Below the pieces are notes generated by a model. It worked only from the letters and a program-made list of their open reading frames with translations, was not told where the DNA came from and ran no database searches. A program made the translations under genes and the position numbers. Below, one piece after another: positions 29,743 through 38,017 of a DNA stretch of 64,000 nt. Each line of letters begins with the position of its first letter. Positions within the stretch are counted from its first letter, which is position 1. This DNA is from Clostridia bacterium (lineage in GTDB: Bacteria > Bacillota > Peptococcia > DRI-13 > SM3-B62). Location of the stretch: positions 37,413 through 101,412 of the forward strand of contig JAHDSQ010000017.1 in the NCBI GenBank assembly GCA_018432615.1, in the 5' to 3' direction.

Positions 29743-29989
29743 AAGACGGATGGAGATGTTAAAGGAAATACAAGAATATGCGTTTACCGCTTTGGAGTTA
29801 AATCTCTACCTCGACACCCATCCGGGAGACAACAGGGCATTGGAGCAATTCAACCAAGTGAGTGGTGAACTCACAAGGAAAGTAGAAAAATATGAAGAAT
29901 GTTACGGGCCGCTACTGAATTATGGTTATTCAGGCGGTTCAGGCTCTCACTGGCGTTGGGTCGAAGAACCCTGGCCCTGGGAAATGTAG
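29729..29989 (+). CDS. cotJB: Spore coat protein CotJB
   Basis: F.ALELNLYLDTHP.D, YGPL, W.W...PWPWE. Confidence 0.92.
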   Translation: MHTDRRRMEMLKEIQEYAFTALELNLYLDTHPGDNRALEQFNQVSGELTRKVEKYEECYGPLLNYGYSGGSGSHWRWVEEPWPWEM

Positions 29990-30004
29990 GAAGGGGGAAA
30001 AACG

Positions 30005-30199
30005 ATGTGGATTTATGAGAAAAGGCTCCAGTATCCTGTACGAGTGGACGGCTGCAATGTTAAGTTAGCAAAATACCTAATCACCCAGTATGGAGGGCCG
30101 GATGGGGAACTTGCTGCGGCACTGCGTTATCTTAACCAGCGTTATACCATGCCAACGGGTAAAACAAAGGCCTTGCTGACAGATATCGGCACCGAGGAA
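30005..30199 (+). pseudogene. cotJC: 5' fragment of cotJC (Mn-catalase-family spore coat protein) interrupted by the prophage
   Basis: MWIYEKRLQYPV...QYGGPDGEL.AALRYLNQRY...LLTDIGTEE matches the CotJC N-terminus; similarity stops before the expected xAH.E, and the frame ends at 30250 in phage DNA. Confidence 0.9.
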
Positions 30200-30225
30200 C
30201 AAGTACCACGATGTTATCAATCATC
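30175..30225. other. Left prophage junction (hybrid att site)
   Basis: Point where cotJC homology is lost, next to the recombinase stop; GGCAC-N4-GA-N4-GTACC dyad centred on 30197-30198. Confidence 0.7.
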
Positions 30226-31764
30226 AATATGCTTAGGAAGTTTGGGGTAAAGCTTGAGCTCGAAATCGTCCATGGAATTCTTGTTATATCTTCCATCAAC
30301 AGTTTTCATATAAACAACTTTATCTAATACTTCTTTTAACATCTTATTTTTACTCTCTGGTGTTTTTAAATCCCAATACGATCGAACAATCTTCTTCATG
30401 GCCGGCACGATTTTTTTCTTCTGTGCTTCTGTTGTCGCTATATTTTCAATTCTTTTTTCTACCGCAGCCTTATCGAGATTTGCTTGATTAAGTTTATCCT
30501 TCAAAAGTGTAGATCGCTCCAGGAATATATCAACGGAATAAATACCCTGTTCCAATAGATCATGGAGGTTATTCATCTGTTCGGTTAAAATGTTAATTTC
30601 CTTAATAAGTCTTTTCTGAGATTTCTCTAACAGTTCTTTGTCACTAGTTTTTTCTTCTGGTGTTACATCAACAATATATTCATCCAACCACATTGACAAG
30701 GCTTGCAACAGTTTATCTTCCACGATATGCAAATGAGAACTTACATTAGTACAAGACGTAAGAGGACACATTAAAGTATCAGGGTACTTACCGCCGTATG
30801 GCCGTCTAACCATTTTCCGGCCGCAACAACCACAGATAATCAATCCAGAAAGCGGGTTTTTGACACCCAACTTTTTAGGGGCAGGAACGGACGGATTTTC
30901 GGCCATGATTGTTTGAGCAATGCTAAAAACTTCTTCACTAACTAATGGTTTGTGCAGCCCTTTAACTAGTGTGTACTCTTCCGCTCTTGGGCGTTCCTTT
31001 ACTACTTCACCATCTATCATTTTTTTTATGGCCGCCCGATAACCCCGCCTGATCATGCCTATATAAACAGGGTTAGTTAAAATCCCCCGGATTGTTGCCG
31101 GTACCCAAACTCCACCTTTTGCGGTTGGAACTTTCATGTCATTTAGTCGTCTGCAAATTATAGATACTCCGCTGCCGTTTATGTAAAGATCAAATATCAT
31201 TACTACTACGGGAGACTGCTCCGGATGTGGATCCAAGGTATAACCTTTATCTCCAACAATCTTGATCCTGTTGTAGCCATAAGGTGGTATATTCCCAACA
31301 TACTTGCCTTGTTTTACAGAGGACATTATACCCTGCTGCAGTCTGCGGTTAATAGTTTTGTATTCTCGGCGGCTCATAAAAAGGCCAAATTCGAAATACT
31401 CCTCATCAAATTCATTCAATGGATCATATGTTTTTACAGGAGTAATAATCTTGGTCCCGGAATATTTGAATGTCTGAGCAACCAATCCCTGATCCATTGT
31501 ATCACCGCGGGCTAATCTTTCAACTTCTACCACAAATATACCCTGCCAAAGACCCTGCTCGACCTCAGATAAGATTTGTTGCATGACAGGACGAGAAGCA
31601 ATTGTCTCTCCGGACACAACCTCCCGATAAATGGTTTTAATTGAGATGCTTAGCCGCTTAGCTGTATCCCACAATATCTTTTCATGCCGGGCAAGGGTTT
31701 CACCTTCGCCTCTGGCTTCAGCTTCAACATCTGCTCTGGACTTTCTGAGATACATGCAGTACAT
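30217..31764 (-). CDS. Large serine recombinase (phage integrase)
   Basis: YLRKSR catalytic Ser, EVVSG, ERLARGD, PPYGY recombinase domain, CGCCG...C.LTSC zinc ribbon, coiled coil. Confidence 0.95.
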   Translation of the reverse strand: MYCMYLRKSRADVEAEARGEGETLARHEKILWDTAKRLSISIKTIYREVVSGETIASRPVMQQILSEVEQGLWQGIFVVEVERLARGDTMDQGLVAQTFKYSGTKIITPVKTYDPLNEFDEEYFEFGLFMSRREYKTINRRLQQGIMSSVKQGKYVGNIPPYGYNRIKIVGDKGYTLDPHPEQSPVVVMIFDLYINGSGVSIICRRLNDMKVPTAKGGVWVPATIRGILTNPVYIGMIRRGYRAAIKKMIDGEVVKERPRAEEYTLVKGLHKPLVSEEVFSIAQTIMAENPSVPAPKKLGVKNPLSGLIICGCCGRKMVRRPYGGKYPDTLMCPLTSCTNVSSHLHIVEDKLLQALSMWLDEYIVDVTPEEKTSDKELLEKSQKRLIKEINILTEQMNNLHDLLEQGIYSVDIFLERSTLLKDKLNQANLDKAAVEKRIENIATTEAQKKKIVPAMKKIVRSYWDLKTPESKNKMLKEVLDKVVYMKTVDGRYNKNSMDDFELKLYPKLPKHIDD

Positions 31765-31765
31765 T

Positions 31766-32374
31766 TTATATCACCCGACTTTGAAAGAAAATTGCTTTTC
31801 CAAGAATACGGATTTGTTTGAAATCCTTTTCCGAATAGTAGCGTGGTTGATACTTGCAGTTTTCTGGGCGAAGAATCACGCCGCCATTATTGTGGTAAAA
31901 CCTTTTAAGTGTCACCTCATCGTCAATCATTACGGCAGCAATTTCTCCGTTTTCAACAGTAGGTTGTTGTCGTATAAAGACAGTATCGTCATTATTTATA
32001 CGGGCTTCAATCATACTATCACCATTAACTTTAATGCAAAAATCCACGTCTAAATCATAATCTACTGTAATATATGCTGTGCATTCTTCAGCGCAATAAA
32101 TTGGTTCTCCTGCGGCTATCGTGCCAAGCAGGGGGACTTTTTTTGTTCTTAGCGGCATAATGCCTTCAACTTCTTTTTTGCTTTTGGGAAAAAAGTGAGA
32201 CACCGGAACATCAAATATATCAGCCAGAATACTTATTTTGTCCATTAACGGTCTATTCTCACCCCGTTCCCATGATGATACGGTAGTCGGAGCGATGTCT
32301 AGCATTTTTGCTAATTCAGCTTGAGTTAAACCTTTTACAACTCGCATTTCTTTTATAATTTTGCCTACATTCAA
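31766..32374 (-). CDS. CI-like repressor (XRE HTH + S24 peptidase)
   Basis: LTQAELA...VSSWERG HTH; IAAG cleavage site, V.GDSM and TLKRF catalytic motifs; likely TTG start at 32374 after AAGGTGG. Confidence 0.92.
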   Translation of the reverse strand: MNVGKIIKEMRVVKGLTQAELAKMLDIAPTTVSSWERGENRPLMDKISILADIFDVPVSHFFPKSKKEVEGIMPLRTKKVPLLGTIAAGEPIYCAEECTAYITVDYDLDVDFCIKVNGDSMIEARINNDDTVFIRQQPTVENGEIAAVMIDDEVTLKRFYHNNGGVILRPENCKYQPRYYSEKDFKQIRILGKAIFFQSRVI

Positions 32375-32427
32375 CTTTAACACCACCTTGCAATTTGTAT
32401 TAGTATTATAACCTAAATCTGTTAAAA

Positions 32428-32770
32428 AGTACAGTATAAATGTAGTTATGATACACATATAAAAAGAAAATACGGAAATTCTGAAAATAACTCTTGAAAC
32501 TACGGAAAAAATGTAGTACCATAATCTCATAAGAGAGGGGGGAGGAAAATGGAAAATAGAAAATTCACTATAGAACAAGCAAGGATACTAGGAGGATATA
32601 ACCAAATTGAAATGGCTGAAGCACTTGGAATGACAGAAAAAACTTATATCAATTATGAAAAGTATCGTCAAGTATTCCGGATGCATGTCGGCTATTTATT
32701 TGCTGATTTAGTAGGTATGACTGTAGATGACATTATTTTTTTTGACCCTGAACTACGGAAAAAATGTAGC
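32428..32770. promoter_or_regulatory. CI/Cro operator set (TAC-N9-GTA dyads) and rightward promoter
   Basis: Identical 19-mer AACTACGGAAAAAATGTAG at 32498 and 32751; variants near 32428 and 32469; TTGAAA-17-TACCAT at 32494-32522. Confidence 0.7.
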
Positions 32771-32773
32771 TAA
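32549..32773 (+). CDS. Cro-like HTH protein
   Basis: AR...GYNQIEMAEALG.TEKTY.NYEK; divergent from the repressor. Confidence 0.85.
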   Translation: MENRKFTIEQARILGGYNQIEMAEALGMTEKTYINYEKYRQVFRMHVGYLFADLVGMTVDDIIFFDPELRKKCS

Positions 32774-32818
32774 GCAGAACGAACTTCGCTGCATACATTA
32801 TCCCAGGGGAGTGAGGAA

Positions 32819-32959
32819 ATGAAAACACAGGTATATACCTTGGGCAAAACAAGGGTGCAAATTTATGACGCTGCTTACAAAAACAAAACAAAAGAAGATA
32901 TAAATCAAATCCTCATAAGGTTAGCCCAAATCGTAAAAAACGAAACAGAGGAGGGATAA
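32819..32959 (+). CDS. 46-aa phage protein (not in the ORF track); candidate recombination directionality factor
   Basis: GGGGAGTGAGG RBS; MKTQVYTLGKTRVQIYDAAYKNKTKEDINQILIRLAQIVKNETEEG; the function is only inferred. Confidence 0.6.
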   Translation: MKTQVYTLGKTRVQIYDAAYKNKTKEDINQILIRLAQIVKNETEEG

Positions 32960-32962
32960 CTC

Positions 32963-33130
32963 ATGCGTATCGGTAAGAAACCAACCCGCCGGCAGAAAAT
33001 CATAATCTCGTCAAAGCGGCTCAACCCAAAAAATTGGCTAGTGCTACAGGACAAGCCTGATGAGCTGGTGGTGCTGCATCGGCACAGTATCCATCCCAGG
33101 AAAATACCGAAGAAAGCGGAGGTGCGGTAA
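32963..33130 (+). CDS. 55-aa basic phage protein (DUF6906-like; not in the ORF track)
   Basis: GAGGAGG RBS; MRIGKKPTRRQK......LNPKNWLV.......LVVLHR. Confidence 0.7.
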   Translation: MRIGKKPTRRQKIIISSKRLNPKNWLVLQDKPDELVVLHRHSIHPRKIPKKAEVR

Positions 33131-33339
33131 TGCAAAAATACTGTGATACCAAAGGTCGGCTGATATTTGTTGGTAAAGGATTAGGGGGAGATAGCTACAT
33201 GACTATGTACAAAACCGATTGGGCTGCAGCTGGCTCTCATCGACTCAAGGCAAAAGCTTTGCCGCCCCGTGAGACTGAAGCAGAAGCTCAAGCGGATCTG
33301 GATGCTTATGCAAAAGCTAAAGGTCTGGAATCGGTTTAA
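33130..33339 (+). CDS. Hypothetical phage protein
   Basis: GGAGGT RBS; TAATG coupling. Confidence 0.65.
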   Translation: MQKYCDTKGRLIFVGKGLGGDSYMTMYKTDWAAAGSHRLKAKALPPRETEAEAQADLDAYAKAKGLESV

Positions 33340-33340
33340 C

Positions 33341-33817
33341 ATGCAAAAATATTTTGCTATCCTGCTCATACTTACAAGTTTAATAGCCCCTGGAAGCCCC
33401 ATATCAAGCACACAGATGCCGAAGGAAGCAGCGCAAACACCACAGCCGGTGCAAACGCAACCGGTAATACAACAAAGCTCTATGCAAACATACACAGTGA
33501 CTGCCTATACTCTACGCCAAGAAGAGTGCGGCAAGGCTCCCGATCATCCACTATACGGAGTGACTACCAGCGGAGTCAGGGCCAAAGTAGGAGTCACGAT
33601 AGCAGCCGGGCCAGACGTGCCGATGGGCGCTAAGATATATCTTCCGGAGTTGGCATGGTTAAACGGAACGGGGTTGTTTGAGGTCCAAGACCGAGGCGGG
33701 GCTATAAAGGAAGGTTGCATCGATGTGTACTTTGGGGATCCGGAAGTGGATCCGGAATGCGTTGGACAAGCCTTGGATTTTGGGAGGCAAGAATTAGAAG
33801 GGGAGGTATTGGAATGA
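33341..33817 (+). CDS. Exported 3D-domain protein (MltA-like fold)
   Basis: Signal-like N-terminus; VTAYT, G.T.SG, IAA, VQDRGGAIK..CIDVY. Confidence 0.8.
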   Translation: MQKYFAILLILTSLIAPGSPISSTQMPKEAAQTPQPVQTQPVIQQSSMQTYTVTAYTLRQEECGKAPDHPLYGVTTSGVRAKVGVTIAAGPDVPMGAKIYLPELAWLNGTGLFEVQDRGGAIKEGCIDVYFGDPEVDPECVGQALDFGRQELEGEVLE

Positions 33818-34233
33818 ACTACTATATTGCAAGTAGCTTAGAAAATGCGCCAACAGTACAAAAACTAGCCGCAAAGCTAAACGCCCAGGGTTGGACGCAG
33901 ACATACGACTGGACAACCCATGGCGGCGTCCAAGGCTTAAACACAGAACAAATGGCTGAGATTGCCAAAAATGAAATCCAGGGTGTCCGTGATGCCGATA
34001 TTGTGATCGTATTGCTCCCCGGAGGTCGTGGTACTCACGTTGAGCTAGGAGCAGCCATTGCCATGAATAAATTGGTTTTCCTCTATGGGAAATATGAACG
34101 CGATTTTTACCGCGGCGGGGAGCTTTGTCCGTTCTATAAATACCCGGGGGTTATTGAGGCCAAAAGGGCTATTGACGAACTGCTGAAAGAAGATTGCTCA
34201 ACAGAGCGGAAGGGGGTGAACATATGCGTATAG
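33814..34233 (+). CDS. Nucleoside 2-deoxyribosyltransferase-like protein
   Basis: YYIAS, YDWT.H, E..GV..AD.VIVLLPGGRGTHVELGAAIA. Confidence 0.72.
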   Translation: MNYYIASSLENAPTVQKLAAKLNAQGWTQTYDWTTHGGVQGLNTEQMAEIAKNEIQGVRDADIVIVLLPGGRGTHVELGAAIAMNKLVFLYGKYERDFYRGGELCPFYKYPGVIEAKRAIDELLKEDCSTERKGVNICV

Positions 34234-34349
34234 CCAACATGCTGACGTTACAGCAAGCTGAAGAATTGTATGAGCAAGGCGTAGCCGTCATTGTGAACGA
34301 TGGCAAGGAAGTATTGTTTGAAAGAGAAAAAGAAAAAGCCCTTGCCTGA
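34224..34349 (+). CDS. 41-aa hypothetical phage protein (not in the ORF track)
   Basis: AAGGGGGTG RBS; MRIANMLTLQQAEELYEQGVAVIVNDGKEVLFEREKEKALA. Confidence 0.55.
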   Translation: MRIANMLTLQQAEELYEQGVAVIVNDGKEVLFEREKEKALA

Positions 34350-34412
34350 GAGCAAGGACACAAGTAAAACCACTTAATCTAATTATAACTTGTTCGGAGG
34401 TGAAAAGTAAAC

Positions 34413-34907
34413 ATGTCACTTAGCAGCACAATAAACAACACAGTAAGACAAGCCGTAAAAAAGGCTGCGATGGATATCACAAAGGATTTGGATTTGCCGC
34501 GGATTAAATCTCGCTTGGAGGATCTGCCGGGCGAGATACGCAACCAGAAAAATATTGTTCAGAATTGTAGGCAGGTCCTAAACGACTTAGCTGTTCAAAA
34601 AGAACAGGAAGAAGCTTTACTTTACTCCATGATTTCCAGCGAGATCGGCGAGAATGGTAAGACCAAATACAGCAACAAGGAAGCCAGGGACGCGGAATTG
34701 ATTCAAAGGAAGCAAACTTCTCCTACCTATCAAAAAATCGAACAAAGCTGCAAAGAAGCTGAGTCAAGATTAAATAAGGAACAGTTTGTTTTGGAATCGC
34801 TTCAAGACGAATTTAGATCTCTTAGGATAGTCGCCAAGATCACGTGTAAAGAATTATCCCTACTGGGGCTAGAAAATGATGAGGAGGATGATGTAGATGT
34901 CTACTAA
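34413..34907 (+). CDS. Coiled-coil phage protein
   Basis: GGAGGTG RBS; helical heptads, KYSNKEARDAE motif. Confidence 0.7.
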   Translation: MSLSSTINNTVRQAVKKAAMDITKDLDLPRIKSRLEDLPGEIRNQKNIVQNCRQVLNDLAVQKEQEEALLYSMISSEIGENGKTKYSNKEARDAELIQRKQTSPTYQKIEQSCKEAESRLNKEQFVLESLQDEFRSLRIVAKITCKELSLLGLENDEEDDVDVY

Positions 34908-35628
34908 TAACGAAAAATCGTTAACCACTGTCACCGAGGAAATGTTGCCAACCCTATTAGATCAAGAACTCAATAATATGATGCAGATGGATGGGTTTGA
35001 CTATCGGCCAGGGAAAATTGGTATTATGCACCGCGAGAAAAAGTTTGTCGGTACTGATGGCCAGACCTCTAGTTCCATAAAAGGGGTAGTTGTGTATTTC
35101 CACAAGGCGCGTGGATACTGGCAGGAGGAGGGGCAGCAAATTCCCACCTGCAGCTCAATGGATGGAAAGACTGGCAGTTTGCGGCTTGATAACGATACCA
35201 CAGAGCAACGTACCTGTGTAAAATGCCCGTACAATGTTTTTGGATCCGACCCAAAAGGGGGAGCGGGGAAAGCTTGTAAAGAAATGCGCCGTCTGTTTTT
35301 GGTCGAGGAAGATTCAATTCTACCGGTAATCCTCAATATCCCGCCAACAAGCTTACGTGCCTTTGACCAATATATGAGCGGCTTGCTGAGCAAAAAGAAA
35401 GCTCCTATAGCTTATTATACGGTTTTCCGTTTGGAAGGAGCAAAAGGAGCCGGCTTTGATTACTCCAAGGTTGCTTTCGAGCTGGGCGAACAGTTGCCGC
35501 ACGCCAAGATACTTGAATTGCTGCAGATGCGTGATCAGGTAGTGGCTGCCGCCGCGAAGATTGGCATTGAAGCTGATGATTATATGAACGAAGGGGAAAC
35601 CCTGAGTGACGATAAGGAAATTTACTAG
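34897..35628 (+). CDS. Putative Zn-binding ssDNA-binding/recombination protein
   Basis: CSS.DG...CVKCPYN.FGS...GKACK four Cys; acidic C-terminal tail; lies ahead of the SbcCD-like genes. Confidence 0.5.
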   Translation: MSTNNEKSLTTVTEEMLPTLLDQELNNMMQMDGFDYRPGKIGIMHREKKFVGTDGQTSSSIKGVVVYFHKARGYWQEEGQQIPTCSSMDGKTGSLRLDNDTTEQRTCVKCPYNVFGSDPKGGAGKACKEMRRLFLVEEDSILPVILNIPPTSLRAFDQYMSGLLSKKKAPIAYYTVFRLEGAKGAGFDYSKVAFELGEQLPHAKILELLQMRDQVVAAAAKIGIEADDYMNEGETLSDDKEIY

Positions 35629-35693
35629 GCAAATAACAGGCCCGGGGGAGCAATCCCCCCGGGCAAGCCTCACAGAGAGGAGGAACATAAATT

Positions 35694-37121
35694 TTGAACT
35701 ACATTGAATCGTTAACCCTAGAAAACTTCCAGTCTCATAAAAAAACAACCATTATACCGGCCCCTTCCGGACAACTTACTGTTATTGTGGGCCCATCTGA
35801 CTCAGGCAAAACGGCCATTATCCGCGGTTTAAAGCTCTTAGCGTATAACTCGCCTTCCGGAATTGACTATATCCAAGTGGGATCTCAGTCGGCAGCCGTA
35901 TCTGCCATTATGGAGGACGGCACGAAGGTGTCTCGAGAACGTTCCCGGGGCGGGGTGAATCGGTACTTGCTGGGCAAACAGAAATATGAAGGTTTTGGCG
36001 TTGGGAATCCACCGTTAGAAATCCGGCAAGCTTTGGGAATCTCCCCTATTGATATCGGCGACCAAAGCTTCAACTTAAACCTTTCGGAACAACTTGATGG
36101 CCCCTTCCTTGGCAATTCCGTGCCGGTCACAGCCAAAGCAAAGGTACTGGGCAAACTCTCCGGAGTGGAAGAGATTGATTACGCTGGAAAAACCCTAGGC
36201 ACAGACATATACCGCAAGAAGCGCGACAAGGAAGGGTATGAGAACCAAGTTAGGCACCTTACAGAAGAGATAGAAGGTTATACCTACTTGGATGAGCTGG
36301 AGCCATTAATAGATCTAATTGAAAAACAGGTTGTCCGGCTAAAAGAGAAGCAGTCAAAAAAGGAAAAGCTATCTGAATTGAAATTATGCTTGGTCAGCAC
36401 CCGGGCCGCTATTACCCAAGAAGAACAAAAAATAGCCAGCCTCTGCAACATCAATGACGCTTATACCACTCTCAATGGCACTGAGAGCAAGCAACAAAGA
36501 TTACAGAGACTGACACGTTCAAGAAATGAACTCAACTCTATTATACCTCAAATCAGGAACTCTGAGGATATAGTAGAGGCAACAAAAGATATTGATAGTA
36601 TTGCTTTGGTTGTTTCCGCTGCTTCAGAAAAGTATAACAAGTTGACCTCGCTCAGAGCGTTGCTCGGCAATAGAAACACTTACAAGGCAGAGTTGAGCTC
36701 AATACAGGTAGTTTTGGAAGCTACTCAAGGCATATCTGAAACATTAGAAACCGTTGAAAAGCTTTACGACAAATCCGAGAAATTATACGCACTGAAGTTA
36801 AAAAAGAAGTCGCTAGAATGGATACAGAAAGACATGTTGTACAATAACAAAGTCTTAGAGAACACACAAAACATTGATGACTTGCTTGCAAAAACAGAAG
36901 AATTAACTGCCAAAGTGTACAGAACTAGCGGATTAAAAGTCAGAAGAGATCTGTGCAAGCAAAAGAAAGACGAAATAGAGGAAGCAACACGTCAAATCGG
37001 TACTTTTGAAAAAACTGTCGAGAGCTTAACCAAAGACTTGACGGATCTCTTTATGGAGGCCGGGACCTGCCCGATGTGCGGTAGTGAAATGAACCTTGAA
37101 AAATTGAAGGAGGTAATTTGA
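35694..37121 (+). CDS. Rad50/SbcC-like ATPase, N-terminal half ending in a zinc hook
   Basis: LENFQSH, Walker A GPSDSGKT, Q-loop region, coiled coil, terminal CPMCG. Confidence 0.85.
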   Translation: MNYIESLTLENFQSHKKTTIIPAPSGQLTVIVGPSDSGKTAIIRGLKLLAYNSPSGIDYIQVGSQSAAVSAIMEDGTKVSRERSRGGVNRYLLGKQKYEGFGVGNPPLEIRQALGISPIDIGDQSFNLNLSEQLDGPFLGNSVPVTAKAKVLGKLSGVEEIDYAGKTLGTDIYRKKRDKEGYENQVRHLTEEIEGYTYLDELEPLIDLIEKQVVRLKEKQSKKEKLSELKLCLVSTRAAITQEEQKIASLCNINDAYTTLNGTESKQQRLQRLTRSRNELNSIIPQIRNSEDIVEATKDIDSIALVVSAASEKYNKLTSLRALLGNRNTYKAELSSIQVVLEATQGISETLETVEKLYDKSEKLYALKLKKKSLEWIQKDMLYNNKVLENTQNIDDLLAKTEELTAKVYRTSGLKVRRDLCKQKKDEIEEATRQIGTFEKTVESLTKDLTDLFMEAGTCPMCGSEMNLEKLKEVI

Positions 37122-37373
37122 GTGAGCGAATATGCTGGTAAAATAAATAGCTTAAAAGCAGCCTTGGAAAAGGCGAAAATGGATAAAGTCAAGGCAGAGC
37201 AAAACAAGGAAAACTTGGATAAACGACTCGAGGAAATCGAGACTGAAATTAAAGCCTTGGGCGTGGATCCGGCACAGTTGGAAGAAACGATTACCAATCT
37301 GGATACGGAGATACAGGCTGATTTATTAAGCGTTGAGCAGCTTATCCCGGCTCAATACAAGCAGGTGATATGA
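37122..37373 (+). CDS. Short coiled-coil protein (middle piece of the split SbcC module)
   Basis: AAGGAGG RBS; heptad pattern; lies between the two ATPase halves. Confidence 0.7.
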   Translation: MSEYAGKINSLKAALEKAKMDKVKAEQNKENLDKRLEEIETEIKALGVDPAQLEETITNLDTEIQADLLSVEQLIPAQYKQVI

Positions 37374-38017
37374 TGCTGCACAACATCGAAGCGTCCCTTT
37401 CAAGGATGCAAGAAACTTATTCAGAAGGTGTCGGGGCTCGTAATAGAGCCCTGACACAAAAAGCTGAGAATGAAAGATTGTTGTCCGAAGCAATCAATCT
37501 TATCTCCACTTGGGAGCAAGTACAACTACTCCTGACCAAGACAAGCGAGTATGCCCGGCAGCAGCTCAAAGCCCGAATCGAAGAGACAGTCACAGCAGCC
37601 CTACAAGCAGTGTTTGGGGAAGAACTGCAGTTCAGAATCATCATAAAAGAGTTCCGTGATCAATCTGCGGCCGAGTGGAAGGTGGTCTCTAAATATGGAG
37701 ATATGGAGATTGAAGCAGACCCTCAGGATGCCAGAGGCGGAGGGATAGTTGATATTGTATCTTTGGCACTCCGACTTGCAATGATGGAGCTGGCCCGGCC
37801 AAAGGTGACGGGCCCTGTGGTACTGGATGAACCCGGGAAAATGGTTAGCAAGGAGTATTCAGCTAACATGGGATATTTCCTCAAGCAGTATGCAGAGAAA
37901 ACAGGTCGTCAAGTAATCCTGGTCAGTCACAACGAGGACCTTATAGCGGCTGCCGATGTGGTATATCGGGTAAGTAAGAATAGTTTGGGTGAAAGTGTGG
38001 TGGTATTGGATGGCTAG
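37370..38017 (+). CDS. Rad50/SbcC-like ATPase, C-terminal half
   Basis: ARGGG signature, SLALRLA, Walker B VVLDEP, H-loop QVILVSH. Confidence 0.85.
   Translation: MMLHNIEASLSRMQETYSEGVGARNRALTQKAENERLLSEAINLISTWEQVQLLLTKTSEYARQQLKARIEETVTAALQAVFGEELQFRIIIKEFRDQSAAEWKVVSKYGDMEIEADPQDARGGGIVDIVSLALRLAMMELARPKVTGPVVLDEPGKMVSKEYSANMGYFLKQYAEKTGRQVILVSHNEDLIAAADVVYRVSKNSLGESVVVLDG

Noticed and set aside
30005-30250. The 81-aa ORF read as a complete small protein or a point-mutation pseudogene
   Set aside because: Homology ends abruptly at the recombinase-adjacent junction; the last 16 codons are phage-derived
32375-32578. 68-aa hydrophobic N-terminal extension of the repressor in the ORF track
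   Set aside because: It spans the operator/promoter region and overlaps cro; the RBS supports a TTG start at 32374
37119-37124. TGA ending the SbcC N-half is followed in frame by the next ORF, and the host has selA, so selenocysteine or readthrough fusion was considered
   Set aside because: A strong AAGGAGG RBS precedes the GTG, no SECIS-like hairpin is evident, and the site is not a Cys-equivalent position; independent translation is simpler
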